From Macrostomum hystrix (taxonomy: Eukaryota; Animalia; Platyhelminthes), in the NCBI GenBank assembly GCA_950097015.1, contig CATNEN010000038.1:8990001-9054000 (forward strand): a DNA stretch of 64,000 nucleotides, written 5' to 3'. The position numbers were made by a program, and so were the translations under genes. Shown in pieces: positions 24,763-35,327 of the stretch. The stretch's first letter is position 1, and each line of letters starts with the position of its first letter. Below the pieces are notes generated by a model, which was given only the letters and a program-made list of their open reading frames with translations, was not told the origin of the DNA and did no database searches.

Positions 24763-24992
24763 GTTTTAATGGTAAACAATGTAAACAAAGGTTAAGGGAC
24801 ATTTAGTAGTTTATCCCGATGGTATTTAACTCATTGTTTTAATTTTCTTTGAATCTAGCAAAATTATAGATAAACGAGTGTCCACTTTGTCTTACTCTAC
24901 TTTTAGATATCTATAGGTATCAGGTCGGATGGATATTGTCATATATTCTATGTTGTCAATCATAGGTTTTATAGTTATGCTGAGGATCTAGT

Positions 24993-25487
24993 CATGTGCG
25001 CTCATGTATGCTCATATGTGCTCATGTGTGGTCACGTGTGCTCATTTGTACTCATGTGTGCTCATGTGTGCTCATGTGTGCTTATATGTGCTCATATGTG
25101 CTCATGTGTGCTCATGTGTACTCATGTGTGCTCATGTGTGCTTATATGTGCTCATATGTGCTCATGTGTGCTCATGTGTGCTCACGTGTGCTCATGTGTG
25201 CTTATATGTGCTCATGTGTGCTCATGTGTGCTCACGTGTGCTCATGTGTGCTTATATGTGCTCATGTGTGCTCATATGTGCTCATGTGTGCTCATGTGTG
25301 CTCATGTGTGCTCATGTGTGCTTATATGTGCTCACGTGTGCTCATGTGTGCTTATATGTGCTCATGTGTGCTCATATGTGCTCATATGTGCTCATGTGTG
25401 CTCATGTGTGCTCACGTGTGCTCATGTGTGCTTATATGTGCTCATATGTGCTCATGTGTGCTCATGCGTGCTCATATGTGCTTATGT
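24993..25487. repeat. 10-bp repeat (CTCATGTGTG)n
   Basis: Direct observation. Confidence 0.96.
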
Positions 25488-26149
25488 CGGATTCCGTTTT
25501 AAAAGAGTCTCAAATGTTAAAAAATGCACAACTCGTAACTTTGCAGCCATAATACAAGTATATTTAAATTTTCATTTGTAGAACAATTTGTTCCACAGAA
25601 AAATGCAACACAATTATTAGCGACATTTTTTAAATAAAATGTTAAAAAAATCAAAGCTTTATTTTTTTGTTCAACTGAATAACTAAATTATGTAGCTAGT
25701 TTTATTAGAATCGACATGGACAATTGAATTGTCGAGTTAATTAGTTAAGTAATAGCGAACAGAGACTTTGTTTTTCTGAGCTATAAAAAACTATTTATTC
25801 GCAACTTATTTTTTAATGTTCTTTTTTCAAAGTAACTTTCTAATTCAAAGTTCATATTCTCAGTCAATTTTTACTTGTAGGCTCCAATTTTTTTCGTAAG
25901 CTTGTATTGGCAGTGTCTTTATTAGGTGGAATTCTCGACTGAATCTGAAAAGAAATCGAAAAAAATATGATTCGTTATCTCGCGACTCGCTATTGGACAT
26001 AGGCCGAACTACGAGTAATTAAAACAAATTAACAACGATTGTTGAATTTTGAGATTTGTTTGCTTAAAGAATTAGCAACTTTTATCCTTTTCGCATAATT
26101 GTAGATGTATGAGACGAGAGAGACAAAAAAGGATAGATATGTGAAAGGT

Positions 26150-27172
26150 CAGATGGGAGATTAGACACGGGAGAGATAAGACAGGGGAGAGATGAGACAG
26201 GGGATGGATGAGATAGGTGAGAGATGAGACAGGGGAGAGATGAGACAGGGGAGAGATGAGACAAGGAAGAGATAATACAGGGGAGAGATGAGACAGGCGA
26301 GATATAATACAGGGGAGAGATGAGACAGGGGAGAGATGAGACAGGGGAGAGGTGAGACAGGGGAGAGATGGGACAGGGGAGAGGTGAGACAGGGGAGAGA
26401 TGAGACAGGGGAGAGATGAGACAGGGGAGAGATGAGACAGGGGAGAGATGAGACAGGGGAGAGATGAGACAGGGGAGAGATGAGACAGGGGAGAGATGAG
26501 ACAGGGGAGAGATGAGACAGGGGAGAGATGAGACAGGGGAGAGATGAGACAGGGGAGAGGTGAGACAGGGGAGAGATAAGACAGGGGAGAGATGAGACAG
26601 GGGAGAGATAATACAGGGGAGAGATGAGACAGGAGAGAGATGATACAGGGGAGAGGTGAGACAGGGGAGAGATGAGACAGGAGAGGGATAAGACAGGGGA
26701 GAGGTGAGACAGGGGAGAGGTGAGACAGGGGAGAGATGAGACAGGGGCGAGGTGAGACAGGAGAGAGGTGAGACAGGGGAGAGGTGAGACAGGGGAGAGA
26801 TAAGACAGGGGAGAGGTGAGACAGGGGAGAGATAAGACAGGGGAGAGATGAGACAGGGGAGAGATAAGACAGGGGAGAGATGAGACAGGGGAGAGATAAG
26901 ACAGGAGAGAGGTGAGACAGGGGAGAGATGAGACAGGGGAGAGATAAGACAGGGGAGAGGTGAGACAGGGGAGAGATAAGACAGGGGAGAGATGAGACAG
27001 GGGCGAGGTGAGACAGGAGAGAGGTGAGACAGGGGAGAGGTGAGACAGGGGAGAGATAAGACAGGGGAGAGGTGAGACAGGGGAGAGATAAGACAGGGGA
27101 GAGATAAGACAGGGGAGAGGTGAGACAGGGGAGAGGTGAGACAGGGGAGAGATGAGACAGGGGATAGATGAC
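26150..27172. repeat. 16-bp minisatellite (GAGATGAGACAGGGGA)n
   Basis: Direct observation; the same family occurs at 30675-30935 and inverted at 33830-34140. Confidence 0.97.
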
Positions 27173-28179
27173 ACACAAGAGATAGGTGTTCATAGATAAG
27201 TAGAGAATAGAGGTCAATACGGAGCAATTATATTTGTCACCAGGGTGTTTGACAAGAACCTAATATCTCGACAATGTTAACGTTGGGCGACTTAGAAAGG
27301 TTAGTTTATCGTAAAAAGCGAAAAATGTGGATCCATATGGTGGACTTTCACGAAATTCTGTCATTCGGTTTCCAAGCCATCGTGAATTAGGAAGAGGAAA
27401 TTTGAAATCAACCGTGGTTTTTCCCCCCGGTTGTGGAATCGGCTGGGGTCATTGGGGACGAGTCGGCCCAACTAGGCCAGGCCACCCCACTGGAGAGTGT
27501 CAGTTCCACAGAGAGAGTGTTCCCTGGCCGCGATGAGAAAGCTATGGGGCTGGCAGACTGTGCCCAGACACACGGCGGGGGCTGCTGTTTCGCTCGAGTC
27601 CCCTAGAGACTCGGGCAGGTAGATTAATCAGAGCCTGAGCACTGGCAGCCACAGACGCTCAGCTTGAGCTCGGCGCACCTGTGAGAACCCGCCATTGTCG
27701 GCTAATCTCATAGTGTTTTGACTCACCGAGTGGCTGCTAACATCCGCTGAGTTCGCAGCTCCTGAATGGGAGGCTGAGGAGCTCCCACTGGGATCTGCAA
27801 CACCTCATCAGTGCCGATCGGCAGAGATTGCGGCTTGTCAGAGGCAGCTCAGGATTGCTAATTAAAATTCGAGTGCCATGGAGTGCTGATTCTCTTCCAG
27901 AGCGTCCCCTGCTAACCGAGCCGCGCATCCCTCCGTCTCCATGGCAACGCAGCAGCTCCGATGTGCCACGTCGACCGCCGACAGCCGCCCAGAGCCGGTC
28001 GGGCGGAGGAGGCAGCTGTCAGCGCCTTCCCCAGTGCGCATGCGGGGGAACACGAGTCTTGCCAGGTAAACAGGCCGTTGCCACGCCAGCAGACACACAG
28101 CGAGCTGGATAAATTCGAGCTGCTCAGCCCGCGGTGGCGCCGCTTCGAGACGACGCTCCGCTCCCTGCGACAACCAGCC

Positions 28180-30004
28180 ATGGACCTCGCCAAGACTGCA
28201 CTTCTGCTCTGCGTGCTGAGTGAGTTCGCTGACACCTGCGAGACTTCCTGCAACTTGCTGAATTTCAGTGGCTTTTCACGTATATCAGCTCATTATTCTC
28301 TCTGCTCTGCTTTCACTGAGTTGAGCACTCCTCACTGACTAAGCTGTGACCTGAGCACACTCCTCACTGACTAAGCTGTGACCTGAGCACACTCCTCACT
28401 GACTAAGCTGTGACCTGAGCACACTGCTCACTGACTAAGCTGTGACCTGAGCACACTGCTCACTGACTAAGATGTGACCTGAGCACACTCCTCACTCCCC
28501 ATTGCAGCCAGCAGCCCCGCTGCGCCCCACACCGAAATCAACGGACTCGACCTGCGCCCCGGACCGATTCAACTCAACGCCAGCTTGCCGTGCTTCGAAG
28601 TGACGCTCGAGAAGGTCGCCGACTCGCTGGCCTTCTGCGCTGTGCAGTGCATCAAGAAGCGATGCGCTCTGCTGAGATTCAACAGCAGAGCCGTTGAGTG
28701 CCAGCTGGTGCACTTCTTCGAGTTCGATGCCCAGTCAGCCCACTGCCTGAGGGAGCCCGTCAGCCTGGGAGGCAACGCTGGCGATGAGCTGTGGCTCACT
28801 GAGACCTTCTACGACCAGACCGCGAACTTCCCGCGGAGGAGTCCGATTCGAGCTGCCAACGGCACCTTCCTGAGTGAGTCGGTGTGAGCAGACCAGCTCA
28901 GCCTGTGAATGAGGAGTGTCTCTGAGACATTCCTGAGTTGATTGCGTTCATTCCTGACTGCTGACTTTGCAGAGAACGGCAATGGTCCCTTCGGGTCCGT
29001 GCAGCTGACCGCCGTGCCGCAGACCGGCTGCTACCGCATCGAGGCCTGCGGAGCCAGCGGCGGCTTATTTGAGTCTTCTGGTGTCTTAATGAGAGGCGGC
29101 AGAGGAGCGGCCATCTCGGGCTTCTTCAACCTCACCGAAGGCACCGAGCTGTCCATCGTAGTCGGTCAATGCGGTGGACGTGATGACTGTTACAGCCGTG
29201 GCGGTGCTGGCGGCTCATTCGTGTACATCGACGACCGCGGCAAGCTGCTGCTGGCTGCCGGCGGAGGCGGAGGCGCTTCGACCGAATTCGACGGTGAGGG
29301 ACGCTCAGCTGAGCAGTGTTTGCTGATTGGCTGTGAGAGACGCTCAGCTGAGCAGTGTTTGCTGATTGGCTGTGAGAGACGCTCAGCTGAGCAGTGTTTG
29401 CTGATTGGCTGTGAGAGACGCTCAGCTGAGCAGTGTTTGCTGATTGGCTGTGAGAGACGCTCAGCTGAGCCGTGTTTGCTGATTGGCTGTGAGCGGGTGC
29501 GGCTCAGTGTGAGCTTTGCCATTCTCTGCAGGCATTGACGGTCAGGACGGAGTGAACGGAACCGACTCCACTGGGCTGAACTTCCTGGCGATCGGCTTCG
29601 GAGGAGCGAACGGACAGTCGGGCATGGACATGTCCACTGTGCCGTGTGCGAGCGAAAACCCGGAGTCTTGTCTCCCAGGAGGTCCGGGAGCTGGCTGGAT
29701 ATCCAACTCGAGCGCTGAGGGACTCCGCGGACGAGGCCGAGTCGACGGCTGGGTCGGTTGTGGTGTCAACAACGGCAACTGTGGTGGCTTCGGCGGCGGC
29801 GGTGATGCATATGTCGGAGGAGGCAGCGGAGGCGGCGGCGGCTTCAGCGGCGGTGGAGCTGGCACGGAAGCCGGTCAGGCGGGAGGTGGCGGAGGCTCCT
29901 TCTGCTCCGGCAGCCGCTGCAACGCCACAACCGGCGGCAACTCGGCCAGCCAGCACGGTCGAGTCATCGTGATGGCCGTCGGCATCGAGAACTGCCGCGG
30001 CTGA
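28180..30004 (+). CDS. Secreted protein with a PAN/apple-like Cys domain and an ALK/LTK-type glycine-rich domain, 4 exons, 399 aa
   Basis: Exons 28180-28219, 28508-28873, 28973-29293, 29532-30004 (1200 nt, all phase-1 GT-AG introns). Signal-peptide-like MDLAKTALLLCVLTSSPAAP; SLAFCAVQCIKKRCALLRFNSRAVECQL (PAN-like); [84 protein letters not shown] matches the ALK/LTK glycine-rich-domain pattern. Stop follows with no TM segment. Confidence 0.85.
28322..28497. repeat. 32-bp minisatellite (GAGCACACTCCTCACTGACTAAGCTGTGACCT)n in intron 1 of the Gly-rich gene
   Basis: Direct observation, ~5 units ending ~10 nt before the acceptor. Confidence 0.92.
29294..29495. repeat. 39-bp minisatellite (GTGAGAGACGCTCAGCTGAGCAGTGTTTGCTGATTGGCT)n in intron 3 of the Gly-rich gene
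   Basis: Direct observation; the first unit begins at the donor GT. Confidence 0.95.
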
Positions 30005-30163
30005 CGACACCAGCGACTGTCTCTGGGCCAACTGAAACTGCTCAGCACACTGAGAACTCAAGCACAGAACTTGTAGTCGCATGAGCTCGTAATTTAGAAC
30101 TTGGATTTTTATTCCCGGCCTTTTTATTCCTGAAAACATCTCACAATCGTGACAGTTTAGCGA

Positions 30164-30608
30164 TGATTGGCCAATCAAAATGATTGACAGGTGCAAGAAT
30201 CAGAGCGTACCATGCATGACAAGCCGAATATTTTTAATGACCCTTCTCTGCAATCTGATTTCGTTTTTACAATGTCTTTTTACATTATCTAGTCTTTGTA
30301 GGCTGCGCCTCACGCGTGTGTGGGGGTTTGGAACCCCCTGTGCTTAAGCCGCTCAGTTCAAGCTGTTAAATATATGGGAACTAGCATTGAAGTCGCACTT
30401 TCACAATTCTCACTTCCTACTGTCTTGCCTTTAATTTTAGAAGTTTTTATTAGGACAAATAATTCATAATTGACATTCGCATTATCAGCTACTGTCGAAA
30501 ACCAGTAGTCAGTGGTGTATTCAGCTCAGTTTCACCTCAAATTTCGCTCCTAAGGTTTATTGAAGCTATTTTAATGTTTTGCAGTATTTTTCACGTAAAC
30601 TGTACGTG
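30164..30608 (+). repeat. Dispersed or paralogous non-coding block, copy 2, with a ~130-bp insertion
   Basis: Aligns with 24437-24762; extra segment at ~30294-30421. Confidence 0.85.
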
Positions 30609-30674
30609 CTGCCATTGAGTTTTAGAACTCATTGTAACGAGAGCATTGTAAATAAATGGTAGTAAACGAGAGTA

Positions 30675-30935
30675 ATGAGACAGGAGAGAGATGAGACAGG
30701 AGAGAGATGAGACAGGGGAGAGATGAGACAGGAGAGAGATGAGATACGGGAGAGATGAGACACGGGAGAGATGAGACAGGCGGGAGAGGAGACAGGCGGG
30801 AGAGGAGACAGGCGGGAGAGATGAGACAGTGGAGAGATGAGACATGCGGGAGATGAGACAGGGCAGAGATGAGACGGAGCTGAGATGAGACAGGCGAGAG
30901 ATGAGACAGGCGAGAGATGAGACAGGGCAGAGATG
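30675..30935. repeat. 16-bp minisatellite (GAGATGAGACAGG..)n, diverged
   Basis: Same family as 26150-27172. Confidence 0.9.
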
Positions 30936-31281
30936 ATAAATTTAAAAAACTTTGATGCAATTAAGATTTTTTAATTGAAAAAATATTTATTCGCTGGTAT
31001 ATTTATGTGTGTGCTTATGTTCGTACTTACAGGTGTTTGGCAATTAACTATTTAAGCACGGGCATTTTAGCACAGATAGTATGATAAATACGTACATAGT
31101 ATAGTAAGCAAAATAAACAATTAGCATTTCTGAAAAGTAAAGTGTTGCTACCCAGAAGTTTACGATTATGCACGCGTAATTTGACATCCGACAGCAAATG
31201 GTAAGTTGCTGTCCGTTTTTGGCCATAAAAAATCAATTAACTAAAGTTTGAATTGTACAGCTTCTATCTTAAATCAGTGTG

Positions 31282-32225
31282 TCAGTAGGGGCGATAACTT
31301 TGGCTGGAGTCACAGCAATGGCCACCGCTAGAGGGACTAAGCTGTGGCGAGGTTGCAAAGCTTGAATACTGCTGGTGATGGTGCTGTTGCTGTGGCTGCT
31401 GATGCTGCTGCTGCTGATACTGGAGGTTGTAGTTGCAAGCCTCACAGCCACAGTCAATGTTCGATACCTGCATTGACCCAGTTGCTGCTCCTGCTGCCGT
31501 TGCTGCCGCCGTCTGCTGAGAGTCCAGCCGCCTCAGGGTGTCGGACAGCCAGGCGATGTACTCGTAGGCGGTCCGCAGGGTCTCTATCTTGGTCAGGCGG
31601 GTTTCGTGTTTACCCATTGCTGGCAGGGCCTGCCGCAGCGTCTCCAGGGCGTCGTTGAGGCCGTGCATCCGGTTTCGCTCCCTGTCGTTGGCCTTGATCC
31701 TGCGCAGCCGCTTCAGCCGATGCTGCTGCTGGTGCTGCTGCTGGGGCTGCTTCTGTTGATGCCGCTGTGCTGGCAAAAGCGCGGGCGAATATAAGCCAAT
31801 GGACGATTGGAAATCTGTGGGAAAATGTTTAAAAAAGCTTAGTTGATTATCAGTATAAACAGCACGGGGTGTTTCAAATACCCGTGTGTTTCTTTTCTGT
31901 ATCTCCTAAAATGTAAAAATCCGAAACATGCTGGGCTAAAATGTTCCGCTCTATCCGATGAAAAAACTTTCAGAATCAGGAAACATCGGCATTGTCGAGA
32001 TATTCAAGGATTCTCATCGGGGGGTGTCCAGTGGTAAAAGCATCGTGACGACCCTGATTAGTTGATTATACTCGTATTATTAATTTTGATCGATACCGTG
32101 GACCTTCACGAAAATCGGTCATTCTGTTTGGGAGCCAACGTAAAGTAGAGGCAGTGATTTGAAATGTCCCCGTGCTCATTCTATACAAGGGAAAAACAGC
32201 ATGTGTGAACACTCTCACTTTGCAT
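31282..32225 (-). CDS. ngn: Neurogenin-type bHLH transcription factor (~179 aa)
   Basis: b[53 protein letters not shown]; [14 protein letters not shown] is the neurogenin signature. Main exon 31814-31282 (acceptor TTTTCCCACAG) has no upstream ATG. A 7-nt coding piece ATGCAAA|GTGAG (32225-32219) restores the frame (540 nt total). The 5' end is tentative. Confidence 0.88.
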
Positions 32226-32974
32226 TGGCGGTGCCCCTCGCGGCTGCTTTAACTAAAATCAGAACCACCTCAAAGTGATGGAGCAAATTCTCTGTACTCA
32301 CGCGAGACACACAGAGGCCGCTGTTCTCAGCTTCATCATGCACGACTGAGTATATTGCGCAACACTGCTCAATTCCATTGCGTGCACCCCTCCACCCCTG
32401 CTGCATGTGACTTTGCCGCGGCAAATCGAATGCCACTCTATCACACTCTGATGCAGCCGCTCATTCACGCCCGTTAAATATCAGAAATCTTCCCACAAAC
32501 ACAAAATTCCCAACAACTTGCTCACTAAATTTATATGACAATTCTGAGTCCCATTGTTCCGAGCACGGTGCTGCGGGAGACATGTTTTGTGTGACGCAAT
32601 AAATTAATGACCCCCATCTATGCTTGGCCACTTGATACTCGCACCTTTCTCTCTGGTGCCATCTAATTTAGCGTTAAAAAGTGACATTAGGCACGCGAAT
32701 AACAGGCTCAAACAGAAAGCAGTGCAGAAGTTTTGTTTGCTTTTGCGGAGACTCCACGAAGTGAAAACTTTTTCATTATTGTCACCTTCATATTCCATTA
32801 TACTGGACTTGAGGTGTCGGATTCCAAATGGAATCTGATTTACTGACACAATTTCAACCTGCCCTTATGAAACAATAGAATCGCCTATGAAATCCCATTT
32901 AGCTTGCCCCTAGTAAAAGCCTTTCCACTATTAATAATATTCCAATTGAATTTTCCCATTTCCTCCCACTGGAA

Positions 32975-33430
32975 TCCCCCTATAGTATTCTCCCATCTCC
33001 CAATAGCATTCTCCCTTCTACCTAATTGCATTCTCCCATCTCCCTATAACATTCTCCCATCTCCCTATAGTATTCTCCCATCTCCCTATAGTATTCTCCC
33101 ATCTCCCTACAGTATTTTCCCATCTCCCTATAGCATTCTTCTATCTCCCTATAGCATTCTCCCATCTCCCTATAATCTCCCTACAGCATTCTCACACCTC
33201 CCTTCAGCATTCTCCGACCTCCCTACAGCATTCTCCCACCTCCCTACAGCATTCTCCCACCTCCCTACAGCATGCTCCCATCTCCCTACAGCATGCTCCC
33301 ATCTCCCTACAGCATGCTCCCATCTCCCTACAGCATGCTCCCATCTCCCTACAGCATGCTCCCATCTCCCTACAGCATGCTCCCATCTCCCTACAGCATG
33401 CTCCCATCTCCCTATAGCAATCTCCCATCT
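32975..33430. repeat. 21-bp minisatellite (TCCCATCTCCCTACAGCATGC)n
   Basis: Direct observation. Confidence 0.93.
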
Positions 33431-33829
33431 CTTCAGCTCTCCCTCGCCCTCACTCACCCTGGTCGCTGGCAGTGGAATCCTGAGCAGATGATCCGCTTGG
33501 AACTTCATCGATAAACTCCATCTTCCTTAGACTCTGGCTATGCGGAGAGAGAGAGACAGATGTAAGTTTAAAACTAACTTTGACAAAGGAATTTCCTTTT
33601 GATTTTCTTTTGATCACCAGCGCTGGGTTTCTTGAGTCGTTGCAGTTGATTTCAGCCGAGGAGTTGAAAGCAGGCATGCGCGCGCTCTGTTTAAAGATTG
33701 GCGCAACCAGACCCGCGAGCAGCCCACCCCACCGCCTCCTCCTCATTGGCTGTCACTGGTCGGGCGGCCCCGTTGAAGGTGAGGAGGGAAATTAACATTG
33801 TTCAGATTGGGAAAAATATTCTCCGAGAC

Positions 33830-34140
33830 TCTCTCCCTGTCTCATCTCTCCCCTGTCTCATCTCTCCCCTGTCTCACCTCTCCCCTGTATCATCTCTCCC
33901 CTGTCTCATCTCTCCCCTGTCTCATCTCTCCCCTGTCTCATCTCTCCCCTGTCTCACCTCTCCCCTGTATCATCTCTCCCCTGTCTCATCTCTCCCCTGT
34001 CTCATCTCTCCCCTGTCTCATCTCTCCCCTGTCTCACCTCTCCCCTGTATCATCTCTCCCCTGTCTCATCTCTCCCCTGTCTCATCTCTCCCCTGTCTCA
34101 TCTCTCCCCCGTCTCATCTCTCCCCTGTATCATCTCTCTT
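33830..34140. repeat. 16-bp minisatellite (TCCCCTGTCTCATCTC)n, inverted relative to the 26150 and 30675 arrays
   Basis: Exact reverse complement of the unit at 26150-27172. Confidence 0.95.
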
Positions 34141-34694
34141 GTCTGATCATGTTTGATGAAATTTCGACAAGCCGTTTCGGGGCACCAAATAAACAAACAA
34201 TTCTTGCACTTTTAGCCATGTAGATTCATGACTGTCAAAACAAGCTGTCTAATATAGCAAAATCTTGCCCCCGCCTACTCAACTGCTCAACTCACGGTCT
34301 AGCGGATTGGGCCCTGTCACCTGCCTGCGTGAGCAGAGAATGAGAGGAATGGATAAACAGCTTGCTGTATCCATGCCTTGCAGCCGCCATCAAAAGACCA
34401 ATAAAAACTCAACTGTCATCGCTGAGGAATTCTGATTTATTTCGAGGAGTTCAATGCATGTCGGGCCACCCATGTTGAGGAGGATTTTGAGTTGGTGCGG
34501 GGGCGTACAGCGCTCTCCTTTGTAGGCCTTATTAGTCCCTAAAAAAGTCTCTTATTTAACCTAACCTAAATATATCTAATTTCATTGTTAACACCTTTAA
34601 CTCTCACTTCTTAGTTCTTGTCGGCTATACCTCTACTATGCATCTATAAGTTTAACTGTCAGCCGTCTAACTATCTATACTTGTCCTTCTACAC

Positions 34695-34875
34695 CTGTCA
34701 ATCTACCTCTCTATCAACCTGTCGATCTACCACTCTATCAACCAGTCGATCTACCTCTCTATCAACCTGTCGATCTACCTCTCTATCAACCTGTCGATCT
34801 ACCTCTCTATCAACCAGTCGATCTACCTCTCTATCAACCAGTCGATCTACCTCTCCATCAACCAGTCGATCTACC
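34695..34875. repeat. 24-bp minisatellite (TCGATCTACCTCTCTATCAACCAG)n
   Basis: Direct observation. Confidence 0.9.
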
Positions 34876-34896
34876 ATGGCCATTTAATCTACTCTC

Positions 34897-35215
34897 GGGG
34901 GTCGGTGGAAGAGCGTTTAACGCGTTTGCCTCTCGCACCGAGGTCCCTGAGCTCGATTCTGCGGCGAGGCCACATTCATTTGGGGCGCATGGGACAGGGC
35001 TTGGGGACTTGTCATACAATTTACGCCCTAGAGGGCTAACCAGAAAGGCACAGTGAAAGCCCTGCCTGACGATGAGAAAGTCAGGGCAGATGTACACACA
35101 TGTGTGAGCGTGTGCTCAGGAGTCAGCGAAGTTGACAGAATTGCCTCCTCGCTGGCTGCGGGTCTATTGTCACCAAATGATGTGTCATAGCCCGCCGCCC
35201 CTTCTGAAATTATTC
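34897..35215 (+). mobile_element. tRNA-derived SINE family A, near full length
   Basis: GGGGGTCGGTGGAAGAGCGTTTAACGCGTTTGCCTCTCGCACCGAGGTCCCTGAGCTCGATTCTGCGGCGAGGCCA head plus shared body. Confidence 0.75.
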
Positions 35216-35216
35216 T

Positions 35217-35327
35217 ATCTACCTATCACTCTACCAGAGAATCAACCTGTCACTCTACCAGAGAATCTACCTGTCACTCTACCAGAGAATCTACCTGTCA
35301 CTCTACCAGAGAATCTACCTGTCACTC
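35217..35327. repeat. 24-bp repeat (CTACCTGTCACTCTACCAGAGAAT)n
   Basis: Direct observation, ~4 units. Confidence 0.85.

Noticed and set aside
27961-28179. Upstream in-frame extension of the Gly-rich gene
   Set aside because: ATG 28180 has a good context (GCCATGG) and directly precedes a signal-peptide-like stretch; the extension is unsupported.
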